Origin: Deltaproteobacteria bacterium
Lineage (GTDB): Bacteria > Desulfobacterota > DSM-4660 > Desulfatiglandales > HGW-15
Length of the DNA: 64,000 bases
Assembly (NCBI GenBank): GCA_019310485.1
Contig: JAFDEF010000004.1
Coordinates: 35,890-99,889, forward strand
Direction: 5' to 3'
Each line of letters opens with the position of its first letter. The first letter of the stretch is position 1. The notes under the pieces are model-generated. The model had not been told where the DNA came from, made no database searches, and worked only from the letters and a program-made list of their open reading frames with translations. A program made the position numbers and the translations under genes. Shown in pieces: positions 63,928-64,000 of the stretch.

Positions 63928-64000
63928 ATGCAAAATACAAAAGAGATCCTTACTGATTGCACTCTTTGTTACCATAGCTGTGGTTGCAGAGTGAGTCTCG
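63928..64000 (+). CDS. Molybdopterin-oxidoreductase-family protein, N-terminal 4Fe-4S domain only (5' partial, runs off the window)
   Basis: Own translation from the ATG at 63928, after GGTGGTGGAG: MQNTKEILTDCTLCYHSCGCRVSL. The C-x2-C-x3-C pattern is typical of the Mo-bisPGD enzyme N-terminus. Only 24 codons are visible. Confidence 0.45.
   Translation, partial: MQNTKEILTDCTLCYHSCGCRVSL

Noticed and set aside
1-64000. CRISPR arrays, rRNA genes, prophage or insertion sequences.
   Set aside because: I saw no regularly spaced direct repeats and no rRNA-like conserved stretches. No integrase, transposase or phage structural genes appear in any of the six frames provided.

Overview
64-kb chromosomal window, apparently from an anaerobic deltaproteobacterial-type (Desulfobacterota-like) genome; that placement rests on gene content only. 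I support about 50 protein genes. I found no rRNA, convincing tRNA, CRISPR array, transposase or integrase. (1) 1-26.2 kb is a dense catabolic island. It holds a Liv-type ABC importer with a TAT-less reductive-dehalogenase (RdhA) homologue embedded in it, and two tandem XRE-HTH/cupin regulators. It holds two complete xanthine-dehydrogenase-family Mo-hydroxylases in permuted gene order (L-M-S, then M-S-L), and carbamate kinase plus a PyrB-type carbamoyltransferase. It then holds a GntR regulator and an AT-richer Dpp/Opp/Nik-type importer whose binding protein looks circularly permuted. A second RdhA paralogue, an SsnA/ATZ-TRZ-type amidohydrolase and a LarA-type (nickel-pincer) racemase homologue complete it. 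I read this as an undescribed anaerobic N-heterocycle (purine-like) degradation system. (2) 27.1-34.8 kb is a four-gene operon: NuoE-like, a NuoF-GltD fusion, a NuoG-like-NfnA fusion, and NfnB/GltD-like. It is a candidate electron-bifurcating NAD(P)H/ferredoxin complex of unusual architecture. (3) 35-45 kb holds panE-panB, an MFS transporter, a nucleotide-sugar dehydrogenase and a second complete Liv-type importer. (4) 45.3-50.3 kb holds a 58-aa ORF and a decayed rhodanese/multihaem cytochrome c pseudogene. It also holds an orphan B12-domain radical SAM enzyme of the RiPP C-methyltransferase type with a translationally coupled 36-codon ORF, and a LysM protein. (5) 50.6-64 kb holds smc, ftsY, glmM with an upstream beta-helix protein, and a DHA2 MFS transporter. 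It ends with an IclR regulator, an acyl-CoA ligase, an SDR and the first codons of a molybdopterin oxidoreductase. A short dispersed repeat of about 55 nt occurs three times: 46.1, 48.5 and 58.4 kb.
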